Origin: Octopus vulgaris
Lineage: Eukaryota
Direction: 5' to 3'
Length of the DNA stretch: 64,000 nt
Assembly (NCBI GenBank): GCA_951406725.2
Contig: OX597829.1
Coordinates: forward strand, 25,482,001-25,546,000
Of the stretch, positions 1-13,262 are shown piece after piece; position 1 is the first letter of the stretch, and each line of letters starts with the position of its first letter. The notes under the pieces are model-generated. The model was not told where the DNA came from. It worked only from the letters and a program-made list of their open reading frames with translations, and did not search any database. The position numbers and the translations under genes were made by a program.

Positions 1-1234
1 GTTTGCTTCACAACCACATGGTTCTGAGTTCAGTCCCATCTGCAGCACCTTGGGCAAGTGTCTTCTACTAAAGCCCTGGACTGACCAAAGCCTTGTGAGT
101 GGATTTGGTAGACAGAAACTGAAAGAAGAATGTGTGTGTGTGTATCTTATGTTTGTCTCCACCACAACTTAACAATCAGTGTTGGTTTATTAACATTCCC
201 TTAACCCAGTGGTTGAAGAAAGTGCAAGGCTTTAAAAAAAAAAGTTTTGGAGTTGATTCAATGACTAAAATTCTTCAAGGTAGTGCCCCCACATGTAGCC
301 TTAAGTGTAAAACAAGAGATAAGAGATATATTGTATGTATATATACTTACACATGTATGTGTGTAGGTATGTATATAAATTTATAATTGAATTTTTGGGT
401 TTGCCCTATAGAAATCTGATGACAACATAAAGTATGACTTCTAACAGTTCTGCTATGTGCTAGATATTGTCTATAATTGATAGTGACAAATACACATACA
501 CTAACACACTTGCATACACATTAATATTAATAATAATAATAATATATTACATTACATATTACCAGCTCTAATAGCCATTCAACATTTCTCCAGACATAGT
601 AATGAAATGTATCAATGATAATAGGTGCAGGTGTGGCTGTGTAGTTAAGAAGCTTGCTTCCCAACCACTTGGATCCAGGTTCAGTTTCATTGCATGGCAC
701 CTTGGGCAGATGTTTTTAACTAGAGCTCTAGATTAACCGATGCCTTGTGGGTGAAAGTGGCAAATGGAAAATGTTTCTGTTCATTAACCCTGTCCACTCC
801 TCTGTATCACTCCACTTACATTCACCCACTCGTACCTTGAGGATACACTCTGGCACATCTCTCTTCCCCACCCCCACGCTCTCAGACAGGGTTAACTATG
901 TATCTCCTCTACAGCAAGACACCTGTTTCTACCCTCTGTTATACTTTAATCTCTCATCATCTACCACAAAGGCATCTCCCACAATACCACTACCTCTCTA
1001 GTTTAGGCATCTTTGCCTTGCAAATTACTTGATAACCTCACAGGTGCTGATGCCATATAAGAAGCATCCAATACATTTTGTAAAGTGGTTGGTGTCAGAA
1101 AGGGCAACCAGCTGTAGAAACCATGCCAAAGCTGATAGTAGAGTTATGCACAGTCCTCTGGCTTGCCAGCTCCTGTTAAACTATCTAACCAATGTCATCA
1201 TAGAAAATAGATGTTGAATGATGATGATACATAC

Positions 1235-1835
1235 AACCACTGGCCATGATCGATTCTCATCAATTCTCCTAAAAATTGCACCACGATGCAATTCACAATG
1301 TCAGAAATTTGGAAATGACAAGTTGTATTGCTTGGCATTTGCACTGGAAGTTCTAATACAAACATTTCTGAGCGTTTGGGTGTCAGTCTGAGGACATGTA
1401 CCAAGAGTGATAAAAATTGAACATCCAGTCAACATTATGGTATTTGAAATGATCACTAGCGATAGCAATGTTATGCCTCCATCTATCTTCCTATACGCCC
1501 TCAGACTCAACCCGATGGCCTACATTAAGTGCCTGGAGGAGGTAGTGCTGCCCTGAGTCAAGGGGGTGGCTACTGGAAGACCCTTTGTCTAGCAACAGCA
1601 CTCTGCACCATGCCACACAAGCAGGAGAACCCAGTGATGAGTGTCAGACAATTTCTGCGACCACATCACATCTAACTCCCCAGACTGCAACATCCTTGAT
1701 TATCATATGTGGGACGCAGTTGAGTTCGAGATCAACAAAACTCCTTGTAACACCAAAGACAAACTGAAAGAACTATGGCAGCATTCACCAACTTAAACAA
1801 GGAGACCATCCAGAAGAGTTACAGGAGATTCTGGC
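1235..1835 (+). mobile_element. Internally deleted, decayed maT/DD37D-type Tc1-mariner transposase remnant
   Basis: Translation gives HPVNIMVF...VMPP..., RPFV*QQHSAPCHTS...NSPDCNILDY-MWDAV, with stops. Confidence 0.7.
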
Positions 1836-1929
1836 ATCAACCACGCTTGAATGGTGTTTTTTAAGTGCCAGTCAGGTGGCACATGTGTATGTATATATAT
1901 ATATATATATACATACATACATACATACA

Positions 1930-1963
<34 letters not shown>

Positions 1964-2401
1964 CATATCAAGTAATACATGTTATATATATTACTTGACA
2001 TGCAAAAACAAAAGAACAAACAAAAAAAGGAAATGGGAGTTAATTTCTGAATACTTTTAAAGTTGTAGGTTTTTTTGCACTGGCATATGGAAATATTTTG
2101 GCAAATTTCTTTTAATGGATGTAATTTAAATTAAATACAAAGTGGACGGTATTCAGTCTATGAAATGTAGAAAGTTAATTTAAGAAGAGTATAAGCTTAG
2201 AATTAAAACACTTGTCAGTATAGACAGGGGAATGAAAAGTACAAATATAAAGCAGATCTGAAAGTATAATGAAATAAGTCTAAATTATAAATTAATAGAT
2301 AAAGTAGACACTGAAGCACAATGGCATCCTTGGACTCATTGGATCCTGTCCAACCGTCCAACCCATGCTAGCATGGAAAATGGTCATTAAATGATGACTA
2401 T

Positions 2402-2810
2402 AGGTGTAAGAGTGGGTGTGTGGTAAGTAGCTTACTTACCAACCACATGGTTCCGGGTTCAGTCCCACTGCATGGCACCTTGGGCAAGTATCTTCTACTA
2501 TAGCCTCAGGCCAACCAAAGCCTTTTGAGTGGATTTGGAAGACGGAAACTGAAAGAAGCCCGTTGCATATATGTATATATATATATATATGTATGTGTGT
2601 GTATATGTTTCTTTGTCTGTGTTTGTCCCCACAACATTGCATGACAACTGATGCTGGTGTGTTTACAGCCCTGTAATGTAGCGGTTCGGCAAAAAAGAAC
2701 GATAGAATAAGTACTAGGCTTCCAAAAAATAAGTACTGGGGTTGAGTTGCTCAACTAAAGGCAGTGCTCCAGCATGGCCACAGTCAAATGACTGAAACAA
2801 GTAAAAGAGA
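2402..2810 (+). mobile_element. SINE family A, full length
   Basis: Same head, core, microsatellite and tail as 9696-10105. Partial copies also at about 1-320, 623-770, 52020-52260, 54545-54720 and 58380-58660. Confidence 0.88.
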
Positions 2811-4339
2811 GGAAAATAAAAAGATGATGATGATGAATTATTTCTAAAAGAAGACATAAAAGAAGAGTCATTAGCCAGGCAGGTTAATGGGACGTTAGGA
2901 CATCTAAAGAAATATTTACAAAGTTGAAAACATTCTAGATGGTGGTTCAGTTAGTCACTTAAAGGTTTTGTCTTCTGTAATATTGCAGAATTCTGTACAG
3001 TGCACAAACAACAATTTTTTCTTCCATTAATATATGGTCAGGTTTCTTACTAATACACCATTTAATTGTGCAGTTCTTGTTGTTTTCCTAGATATGTTTT
3101 GACAAAGCTGCAGCTTTCTTCATCTCTAAGGGTGACTAAATGAATACTAGACATTACGCATAATGTCTATAATGATATCTGTAAATTACAGGATGCACTG
3201 AAACAGCTGTAAAGGGATAACTATACAATGGGTGCTATTTTCATGCTACCAACACAAGTGAGGTGACCATGTAGTTTGCAAGACTATGAAACTTGAAAGA
3301 GGTGGCTTTATGCTAGGAGATGAGGGGTTAAAATATGAGAGAAGGTGCCATAGCTGAACAAGTTTTTTTTTTTTTTGCTGTAGAAGAGCTACATGGCCAC
3401 CTCTATTTTAGAAGAGAGGATGTAGGGGCAATTAGGCAAAGAGATCTCTGTGGACCCTCCAGATATGAAGTGAACAGAAGTGAATAGAGACAAAAGAACC
3501 AAGGGTGTAAGTGGGCAAAAGTTGCAAGAGTGTATGGGGGAGAGAGAGAGATGGGGGTGGATAAAGGGATCAATATAATATAGAAAAATTGCTGAAGGAT
3601 AAGTAGGGAAGGAATGGAGGACAGGATGACAACTGTAGAAACAGGAAAGGCTTGAGAGGTGGATGTAGTGAATGGTGGATATGGGGTGGGGTGGTGGCCA
3701 ATGATGCATGGGGGTGAAGACTAGCAGAAAATTAATGATGATATAGTAAACAGTGGAAGGATGAGAGAGAGAAAGAGAGAGTGAGTGTTGATGGGTAACT
3801 AGGCTGGTTATGAGAGTGGAGGAGAGGAGAGAGAGAGAGAGAAACAAGTGTAGTGCATGAGAAGAGTGAGAGATGTATGGTGGTGGAGAAGGTGAGATGT
3901 TTTGGAGGCTAAGGGTGTGGAGGTCAATGTAAAATGTGGATGGAGAAGACAGTATTAAAGACAAGGGATAGATATCAAATGAAATGGTTCAAACTAGTGA
4001 GAAAGATTAATAGTACCGAGAAAGAGCTGCTGTTAGAGAGATGAAGTGTGGTGGGGTGTCTTGGTGAAGAAATATTATAGGAATAGTTTGCCACTATATT
4101 GAAATTTAACTAGAGAGAAAGATGTCAAAACAAAAGGATCAGTGAATTTGAATTTTATTTTCTATAAAAGTTGACATTTGATGACAAAATATAAAGTATG
4201 TTTGCTAATATATATATAATTATGTAATTGTGTATATAGCCATCATTATCACCACACACACACACACACACACTCATATATATATATATACATACAATGA
4301 GGTAGTCTGTTCCTATTCAAAGCTTGGTCACTTTTCATT

Positions 4340-4900
4340 CGATGTGCTGTTTCTGTGCATGAGCATTTAAGTGGCTTTTGTCTCAAGAGCTGTTTGAAAT
4401 TTGCATTACAGAGTAAATATGTCTTACATCAAATGGCACAGAGTTGTTTGTCTTGTCTGATTTATGAATAGTTAAATGCCTTTTTAGATCAGCATGGGAC
4501 TTAGAGGTCATATAACAAACATGGTGTATAAATATATCTACTGGAATTATCTTTGTGTCATTTGGACCAACCGTTTGAAGAGGAGTTCTAAGATGTGAAA
4601 TTAAGCCAGGCCTAGAAAGGCAAGGTCTTACCACACATTGAGCAACTAACTGAAGGATGACACTATTTCTATGTTTAGTAAGACGTTATTTTTCTGAAAT
4701 TCTCTTCCATTTTTTTGCATGCTTTTGTGTGGTTACTCCAGACAAATCTCTGTATGGTATATTTAACTCCCCAAGACTGGTTTTTAGCAAGTCATTAAAC
4801 CAGTGGCGGGGGTGTGTGTGTGCATTATTTTCATTTCCCAGCCAATAGTTCACCATAAAAAAAAACACCTACTTGAAGGTGCTCATCCTTCATTCATATT
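4340..4900 (-). mobile_element. RTE-clade LINE 3' end remnant with C2H2-like fingers
   Basis: PRHWFNDLLKTSLGELNI (RTE C-terminal motif) followed by CVVRPCLSRPGLISHLRT and further decayed C2H2-like units. Confidence 0.6.
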
Positions 4901-5002
4901 AAATGGCTAGTCTACCTCAAATGATTGGAAACCAGCAGAGAGTTAATTGAAGATATTCCTGATCTTACTAAAACCTTTGTATCTGGTGTAAACAATTTCC
5001 AG

Positions 5003-5046
<44 letters not shown>

Positions 5047-5047
<1 letters not shown>

Positions 5048-6201
5048 TGGGTTAACCAAAATGCCTGTTCAGTTTTTGTGAACTCTAAATTTCAAGCAGT
5101 TTCATAAGTAGCTAACTCCAGTTTGTCCCTTACACATGCACACTTGTTATATACTTGACACTTGAATGTGATGTTAAGTATGTGAACGTGCATTTTGCGT
5201 TTTGTATACTTGAAAACAAACATTAACACCTCAAAGCAAGAAAGTGGGGGAAACCTGTAGGGAGATATGGGTTTTGTATGGAGAGGATTCTGTTATGGGA
5301 CAAGTGTACCATAAGTGTTTTCCAATATTTCAAACAGAAAATCCTTTGGTTCAAGGCACATCTCAATTCAAATGAGATTAAAAGCCACAAGAAGAAGGAG
5401 TTAGTTGACATCAATCCCTTATATGACCAGGATGATTGTTCGTATTCTCCAAATATTCAAATCAAGTGTTGAAACTTGGTTATGTTAGCAGACTCAGTGT
5501 TTGGGGCCCACATCAATTGAATGATGTTAACCATGACCAATGGATTTCCATCTGCAAGTTGTTGCAAAAACATGAAGAAAATATCCTTTTTGAAGAGAAT
5601 GGTGACAGGATGGAAAATGAATCATCTACAACAATGTGAAGCACAAATGATAATAATGGGTGAAGCACAGCGAACCATCACAAACAACCCCAAAAGCAGG
5701 AGTTCAACCTAAGAAGGTTATGCTTTCAGTTTGGTGAGATTTAATAGCATCTTCCCAGCTGGATAAACTAAATGCAACAATCTACCAGAAGCATTCAGCA
5801 CTTGCTAATCGTAAGGGCAGCTTTGTCTTCCATCATTACAATGCCAGACTGCACACTTCTTTGCAAACACAATAAGTTATTGGGACTTGGCTGGGAGTTT
5901 GCTGCGCTCTCCATATTTAACTGACGATGCACCTTCAGATTCCCACTGTTTTGGTTTCTTAAAAAAAATCAACTGAACGACAGACCTTCAACTTTCAAGA
6001 GGATATCAACATTCTCTTGGATGAGTTTTTCACCAGTAAAACTTGCTTGAGCTGGAAATAATGGATCTGCCTACAAGATGGCAGAAGTATACTGGAACAA
6101 AACGGTAATTATATCATTGATTGAATACATCACTTTATGTTTAAGACTTCTTTTATCTTTGCTTAAAAAAAAGAAACCAAACAAACTTTTTAGCCAATCC
6201 A
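5047..6201 (+). mobile_element. Decayed near-full-length mariner (DD34D) element
   Basis: Mariner-type TIRs (TACTGGGTTAACCAAAA.. / ..TTTTTAGCCAATCCAATA) in a TA context. Frameshifted motifs VWGPHQL, ISICKLLQKHEE, FLKRMVTG, KKVMLSVW, NARLHTS, APSDSH. Confidence 0.85.
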
Positions 6202-6209
6202 ATACATAC

Positions 6210-7146
6210 GTATTATGTAAACTTACATATATATATATATATACATATGTATATATAATCATACACACACATATATAATCATACACATACATATATAAAT
6301 ATATCATACGCACATATATATATATATATACACACAAACATATACAATCATACACATACATATATATGCACATACGTATATATATATATATATACATATG
6401 CATACATATACATACATATATATATATACATATGCATACACATACATATATACATATGCATACACATACATATATATACATATGCATACACATACATATA
6501 TATACATATGCATACACATACATATATATACATATGCATACACATACATATATATACATATGCATACACATACATATATATACATATGCATACACATACA
6601 TATATATACATATGCATACACATACATATATATACATATACATATACATACACATACATATATATATACATATGCATACATATATATATACATATGCATA
6701 CATATATATATATATATACATATGCATACATATATATATACATATGCATACACATACATATATATATATATATACATATGCATACATATATATATACATA
6801 TGCATACACATACATATATATATATATATATACATATGCATACATATATATATACATATGCATACACATACATATATATATATATATATACATATGCATA
6901 CATATATATATATATATATATACATATGCATACACATACATATATATATATATATACATATGCATACACATACTATATATATATATATACATATACATGC
7001 ATACACATACATATATATATATATACATATACATGCATACACATACATATATATATATATATATATACATGCATACACATACATATATATATATATATAT
7101 ATACATGCATACACATACATATATATATATATACATATACATGCAT

Positions 7147-7183
<37 letters not shown>

Positions 7184-7186
7184 CAT

Positions 7187-7218
<32 letters not shown>

Positions 7219-7474
7219 ATATGCATACACATACATATATATATATATACATATACATGCATACACATACATATATATATATATACATATACATGCATAC
7301 ACATACATATATATATATATGCATACACATACATATATATATATATGCATACACATACATATATATATATATATACATATGCATACACATACATATATAT
7401 ATATACATATGCATACACATACATATATATATATACATATGCATACACATACATATATATATATACATATGCAT

Positions 7475-7552
<78 letters not shown>

Positions 7553-8119
7553 ATATGCATACACATACATATATATATATATATACATATGCATACACAT
7601 ACATATATATATATATATACATATGCATACACATACATATATATATATATATATATACATATGCATACACATACATATATATATATACATATGCATACAC
7701 ATAATATATATATATATATATACATATGCATACACATATATATATATATATATATACATATGCATACACATACATATATATATATACATATGCATACACA
7801 TATATATATATATATACATATGCATACACATATATATATATATACATATGCATACACATATATATATATATATACATATGCATACACATATATATATATA
7901 TATATATACATATGCATACACACATATATATATATATACATATATATGCATACACATACATATATATATATATACATATGCATACACATATATATATATA
8001 TATATATATATGCATACACATACATATATATATATATATATATAACATATGCATACAATACATATATATATATATATATACATATGCATACACATACATA
8101 TATATATATACATATGCAT

Positions 8120-8151
<32 letters not shown>

Positions 8152-8429
8152 ACATATGCATACACATACATATATATATATATATATAACATATGCATAC
8201 ATACATATATATATATATATACATATGCATACACATATATATATATATATATATACATATGCATACACAACATATATATATATATATACATATACATGCA
8301 TACACATACATATATATATATATACATATACATGCATACACATACATATATATATATATACATATACATGCATACACATACATATATATATATACATATG
8401 CATACACATATATATATATACATATGCAT

Positions 8430-8473
<44 letters not shown>

Positions 8474-8776
8474 GCATACACATATATATATATATATATA
8501 TATACATATGCATACACATATATATATATATACATATGCATACACATATATATATATATATATATATGCATACACATATATATATATATATATATATCAT
8601 ATATACACATATATATATATATATATATATACATATGCATACACATACATATATATATATATACATATGCATACACATACATATATATATATATATATAT
8701 ACATATGCATACACATATATATATATATATATATACATATGCATACACATATATATATATATATATACATATGCAT

Positions 8777-8813
<37 letters not shown>

Positions 8814-8814
8814 T

Positions 8815-8846
<32 letters not shown>

Positions 8847-8954
8847 ATATGCATACACATACATATATATGCATACACATACATATATATGCATACACAT
8901 ACATATATATGCATACACATACATATATATGCATACACATACATATATATGCAT

Positions 8955-8990
<36 letters not shown>
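6210..8990. repeat. About 2.8-kb compound satellite, unit TACATATGCATACACATACA(TA)n
   Basis: Directly visible; almost pure purine-pyrimidine alternation. Confidence 0.98.
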
Positions 8991-8991
<1 letters not shown>

Positions 8992-9029
8992 TGCAGGACT
9001 AGTGATTTTCAAACACTGTTTTTCTATAT

Positions 9030-9352
9030 CAGTGCTCTTAAATCAATTTTTAAGGTTATCTCTACAGATTTTCTATAAAAATTATAGCCAGCAGCGCTAA
9101 TTTGTTGTGACATTTCATATCTGAATATGTCTAATATAAACAGAGCGATCGAAGATGGACAAATAGGTAATGGACTCAGCATTAACTTAAAAAGTGTTTA
9201 GTATGCTTTGTAGTATTATGGTTGCATAACAAAATATGGTGTTCCCACAAGTAATTAACTGAAAGCTCTTCAGTAACTTTCATGATCTATGTTATGTTCT
9301 CCTGATAGACTATCTGTAGAAATAATCTTAAAAAAGTGATTTAATAACACTG
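9030..9352. repeat. About 40-bp imperfect inverted repeat pair (MITE-like or part of a local rearrangement)
   Basis: CAGTGCTCTTAAATCAATTTTTAAGGTTATCTCTACAGAT at 9030 versus its reverse complement ending CACTG at 9352. Confidence 0.55.
9068..9172 (+). pseudogene. Inverted decayed duplicate of exon 9591-9678 including its splice sites
   Basis: Aligns end to end with the reverse complement of 9585-9689. Acceptor AG changed to AA, TGG changed to TAG, small indels, CpG-type substitutions. Confidence 0.75.
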
Positions 9353-9590
9353 CTAACATAACAGTACTTTTTAATATAATTTGAAGTATATTATGTTTGC
9401 ATAATAAAACACAGTGTCCATACAGGTCATCATTATGTATGCACTAGCTGTCAGGAGTGCGTTTAATATGTAAAATTGGTATATCCAATAATGATACAGT
9501 GATACACTTAATAGTTAGTAAGCAATGAGTTTGTAGATGGTGTTGAAGAAGGAGCAAAAACTCCTCAAATATGGCATATACACTCATTAC

Positions 9591-9678
9591 CCATTTTCCA
9601 TCTTTGATTGCCTTGTTTACATTAGATAGACATATTTGAATACAAACTGTTGTAACAAATCGGTGCTGGTTATAATTT
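9591..9678 (-). CDS. Unknown - strand gene, coding exon 3 (INYNQHRFVTTVCIQICLSNVNKAIKDGKW)
   Basis: Acceptor TTCTATAG, donor GTAATG, 88 nt, open in the frame set by exon 2 (phase 2 in, phase 0 out). Confidence 0.55.
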
Positions 9679-9695
9679 CTATAGAAAATTTATAG

Positions 9696-10105
9696 TAGGC
9701 GCAGGAGTGGCTGTGTGGTAAGTAGCTTGTTTACCAACCACATGGTTCCGGGTTCAGTTCCACTGTGTGGCACCTTGGGCAAATGTCTTCTACTATAGCC
9801 TCGGGCCGACCAAAACCCTGTGAGTGGATTTGGTAGACGGAAACTGAAAGAAGCCCGTCGTATATATGTATATATATATATGAGTGTATGTGTGTCTGTG
9901 TTTGTCCCCCTAGCATTGCTTGACAACCGATGCTGGTGTGTTTATGTCCCCGTTACTTAGCGGTTCGGCAAAAGAGACCAATAGAATAAGTACTGGGCTT
10001 ACAAAAGAATAAGTCCCGGGATCGAATTGCTCGATTAAAGGCGGTGCTCCAGCATGGCCGCAGTCAAATGACTGAAACAAGTAAAAGAGTAAAAGAGTAA
10101 AGAGA
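9696..10105 (+). mobile_element. Young tRNA-derived CORE-like SINE (family A)
   Basis: tRNA-like head (GGTTCAGTTCC), CACCTTGGGCAAATGTCTT core, internal TA/TG microsatellite, (AGTAAAAG)n tail. Near-identical to other copies in the window. Confidence 0.9.
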
Positions 10106-10169
10106 TAAGCACTTTCATTAACTTTCATAATCTATTTTATGTTCTCTTTCAGGTGCATCTTTTTTTTTT

Positions 10170-10880
10170 AGCTCTTGTAGTTTACAATATTATGCAACCA
10201 ACCATTAGCTATAATACCTTCCTCTACTATCTGATTAACTATGCCAGTGCTTAGCTTTTGTCCTGCTTTACCAAAACATTTTAAGCATCTCAGCAGTAAT
10301 TCCTGATGGATTAAGCACGTCTATCTTCATATCTTTAATCACTACCATTCTTCTGTCAACTTAAATAGCCAGTCCCTCTGTAGAGTCCATTTGAGGTAGT
10401 CTCTGCATCTCGCATACTTTCTCCTCATCCAACAATCTCTTGAAATAGCATTTCCATATCTCTTTCTTTTCAGCATCAGTAAAAGCAAATGCACTGTGAC
10501 CATTCCAAATATACTTTACCCCACTGACATCTCAATTTCCTCTCACATACAGCCTCCTGAAAATTTCATACCTCTCATTCTCAAATCTTTGAATATTGGC
10601 AAATTTCTTTCTTATATCTTCTCTAGCTATATATAACTATATCTAGCACCAAGATTATCTTCTTATTACTTGATTTTACTCCATGCTGATCCCTTTCTTC
10701 TAGACTTTTCAGGTTTGGCTCTTAGCCTTTATGACTATTTACTGCCACCACTCTATATTCCACCATGTCAGCCTCTTTTCAGCTGGGACCAAGCCAGTTG
10801 CCATTAGTAGGTTACCATGCAGGAACTCGCAGCTGTTCTCCATACTTCAAGTTTCTAACTCTGCCATCTTATAATATGCA
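10170..10880 (-). mobile_element. Decayed RTE-like LINE fragment, interrupted by the pogo element
   Basis: - strand reads AFAFTDAEKKEIWKCYFKRLLDEE, typical of the RTE endonuclease-RT linker; similar sequence resumes after 11774. Confidence 0.5.
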
Positions 10881-10883
10881 TTA

Positions 10884-11771
10884 CCGTAAATCCTCGAGTA
10901 TAATCCGCATTTTTTCCCCAAAATTTAACAGTCAAAATCCCTAGTGAGTACTATATACAAAGTTAAAAATGAAAAATATTTTCTAAGCAATGTCCAAATC
11001 TCTATTTGCTGTCTGGCAATGTTTATTCAGATGCATTTTGTGATGTCGGGTGTGAAAATACCTTAAGCTAAGCCTGAAAGCAATGAAGTCATAAAGTGAT
11101 TTATGGACTGAATGGATGTCGACTGGAGAAAAGTCATTCACTAAAGGTGGAAGGGTTCGCGCTCCCAACCTGACTTTGATATACAAATGGATCGTGTATG
11201 CATGGAATGAACTTGATCCTCAGATTATTGTGAAAAGTTTTATCAAATGTTGTATATCGTCTGCACTGGATGGCACTCAGGATGACGTTGTATGGAAAGA
11301 TGAAATAAATGAAAGTGAATCTTCTGATGTTGACTATGACGGAGATTTGCACTACAATGATGCTGACATGTTTACAGAGGAACAAATGGAACAGTTATTT
11401 GATGCTGAAAGTGACGTTGAATTTGAAGGATTTGAATAAATATTTTTACTTTTGTAACTGATAGTGATAAATATGTAAAGGCAATTTACTTAATATTTAT
11501 TTTTCACTGACGTTATTACTGCTATTTCTTTATTTTCTGCAAACAAAATGCACAAAAAAGCTACACGTTTGCATTATGTTATGTATACAATAATAATAAA
11601 GGACGTTACCGTATACATTTTTACAAACCAAGGACTTTATATAGACCTCCTTGACTCAAGTTAGAGAAGGGGTGAGTATTATACACAAGGTTTAGGTTTT
11701 ACAGAGGTACAGCCCCCTAAAAATCCCCTGTGTATTATACTAAAGGGCGGACTATACTTGAGGATTTATGG
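10884..11771 (+). mobile_element. Non-autonomous pogo-family DNA transposon retaining the transposase C-terminus (ORF 11116-11439)
   Basis: TIRs CCGTAAATCCTCGAGTATAATCCGC / GCGGACTATACTTGAGGATTTATGG, TA on both sides. ORF has FTKGGRVRAP...WIVYAWNEL...IVKSFIKCCISSALDGTQDD and an acidic tail. Confidence 0.88.
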
Positions 11772-12789
11772 TAATTTTTCTAAACTTTTTGCTGATTGAT
11801 AGGTTTCTCAACTTATGTTTGCCTTCTCCAGATTATCTTTTGTGGCTTGTTGCTTCTAACTCTTATTCTAAAAGTTACTCAACACTAGTCATTTATCATT
11901 TTAATGTCTACTTTTCCATGCTTGTATGTAGCAGATAGAATTTATTTAGGTACATTTTCTACAGCCAGATTCATCTGTCAGCAAGCAAAGTAGTATTTCC
12001 TCATGGGCAGATATGTTTTTACAGAAGATTAGGAATACTGGATATACATATGTCTTGGCCTTGTGACATTGCTCTCCACAAGCTGCCAACCTGTGTGCTC
12101 CACCCACACATCCTGTCTCACTGTATCATTGATATCTGTTAGCCTCTGACCTGTGTGTTCCACCCACACATAACAAGGAAACTTTTCACACACCCTACCC
12201 CAACAAACCAATCTATATCTCTTCCTCACATTTCCTCCTTCATATACTATGCCTAGCTCTCACTCCCCAGTTCCTCTGTATCATTGCTATCCAGTAGCCC
12301 CACCAACACTATATATACCCAGGTTTTTGCCACTCACTCCCCCACCCACTGGACTCTTTAATCACATTTCCTTCACAATATCCTGTCACTTATATTATGG
12401 TGTTTGAACCTTAAATATATGTCCTGGCACATGCCACTATCTATATCTCTTTCTTCCTTTGCTCAACCATCCCATTTATACTCTGATTCCTTGTGAGTAT
12501 GCCCAGCATTTTGTCACCATCTCTATCCTGCTATCTCCCACTCTCTCTCTCCTTCTCCTGCATTTCCCTCGGGCTGGGTAACCATGTATTTCCTTTGCAG
12601 CAGCACTCCTGTTTCTGTCTTCATTCTTGATTTCTCTCTCTCTCTCTGGCTGGGTAACCTTGTACCTCCTCTATGGCAAGACACTTATCTCTGTTTCTCT
12701 GTCTCACTATAACCTTTCATCATCTGATAGAAGATCACCTCCTCTAATGCCCCCTCCCCTATCCAAAGAGATTTTTTTTGTTGGAAGTA

Positions 12790-13090
12790 CTTAGTGACTG
12801 TCAGTGCAGGTGCCACTTAAAAGCACCCAGTCCACACTGTAAAGAGGTTGATGTTTGGAAGGGCATCCAGTAGTAGAATCCATGCCAAAACTGACCTCAC
12901 CAGTGCTTGTGCCACGTAAAAAGCACTGAGTCCACTCTGCTGAGTGGTTGGTGTTAGGAAGAGCATCCAGTTGTAACAATCCTGCCAAAACAGTTACAGA
13001 AGTCTGGTGCAGGCTTCTGCCTGGCTGGCTGCTGTCAAACCGACTCACCCATGCCAGCATGGAAGGTGGACATTAAACAATGATGATGAT
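12790..13090 (+). mobile_element. SINE with RTE-like tail (family B; GGAAGGGCATCCAG...CCATGCCAGCATGG...(GAT)n)
   Basis: Recurrent motif; other copies at about 1020-1228, 15640-15780(-), 36510-36810, 36990-37200(-), 44190-44450(-), 45280-45480(-), 51040-51200 and 59295-59660(-). Confidence 0.7.
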
Positions 13091-13106
13091 ATATACATAG
13101 TACAAA

Positions 13107-13262
13107 TGATCACTTAATGTGGATGGAGCTTGTAGAAAAGGGAAACCTAAGAAGGCATGGGACAAAATGGTGAAGGCTGATGTCAGGAACTTGAACATCA
13201 TGGAGGTGATGAGAAAGGACTGGGATGACTGATGATATGCAGCTCTCAAGAAGACCCACTGA
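13107..13262 (+). mobile_element. RTE LINE extreme 3' coding end
   Basis: Reads RKGKPKKAWDKMVKADVRNLNIMEVMRKDWDD, similar to the RTE GRPRKTW...D..W terminus. Confidence 0.6.

Noticed and set aside
563-620. Candidate - strand exon reading YVWRNVEWLLEL before GTAATA
   Set aside because: No acceptable acceptor; a SINE lies immediately upstream.
3051-3126. Candidate next exon of the - strand gene (TAG...GTAAGA)
   Set aside because: Stop codons in all three frames.
3389-3964. 191-aa L/S/H/P-rich ORF
   Set aside because: Product of a purine-skewed low-complexity repeat; similar tracts occur at about 12150-12780 and 13480-14000.
6071-9100. Multiple 220-900-aa ORFs on both strands (YIYI/HMHT-rich)
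   Set aside because: They are translations of an alternating purine-pyrimidine satellite that cannot contain stop codons.
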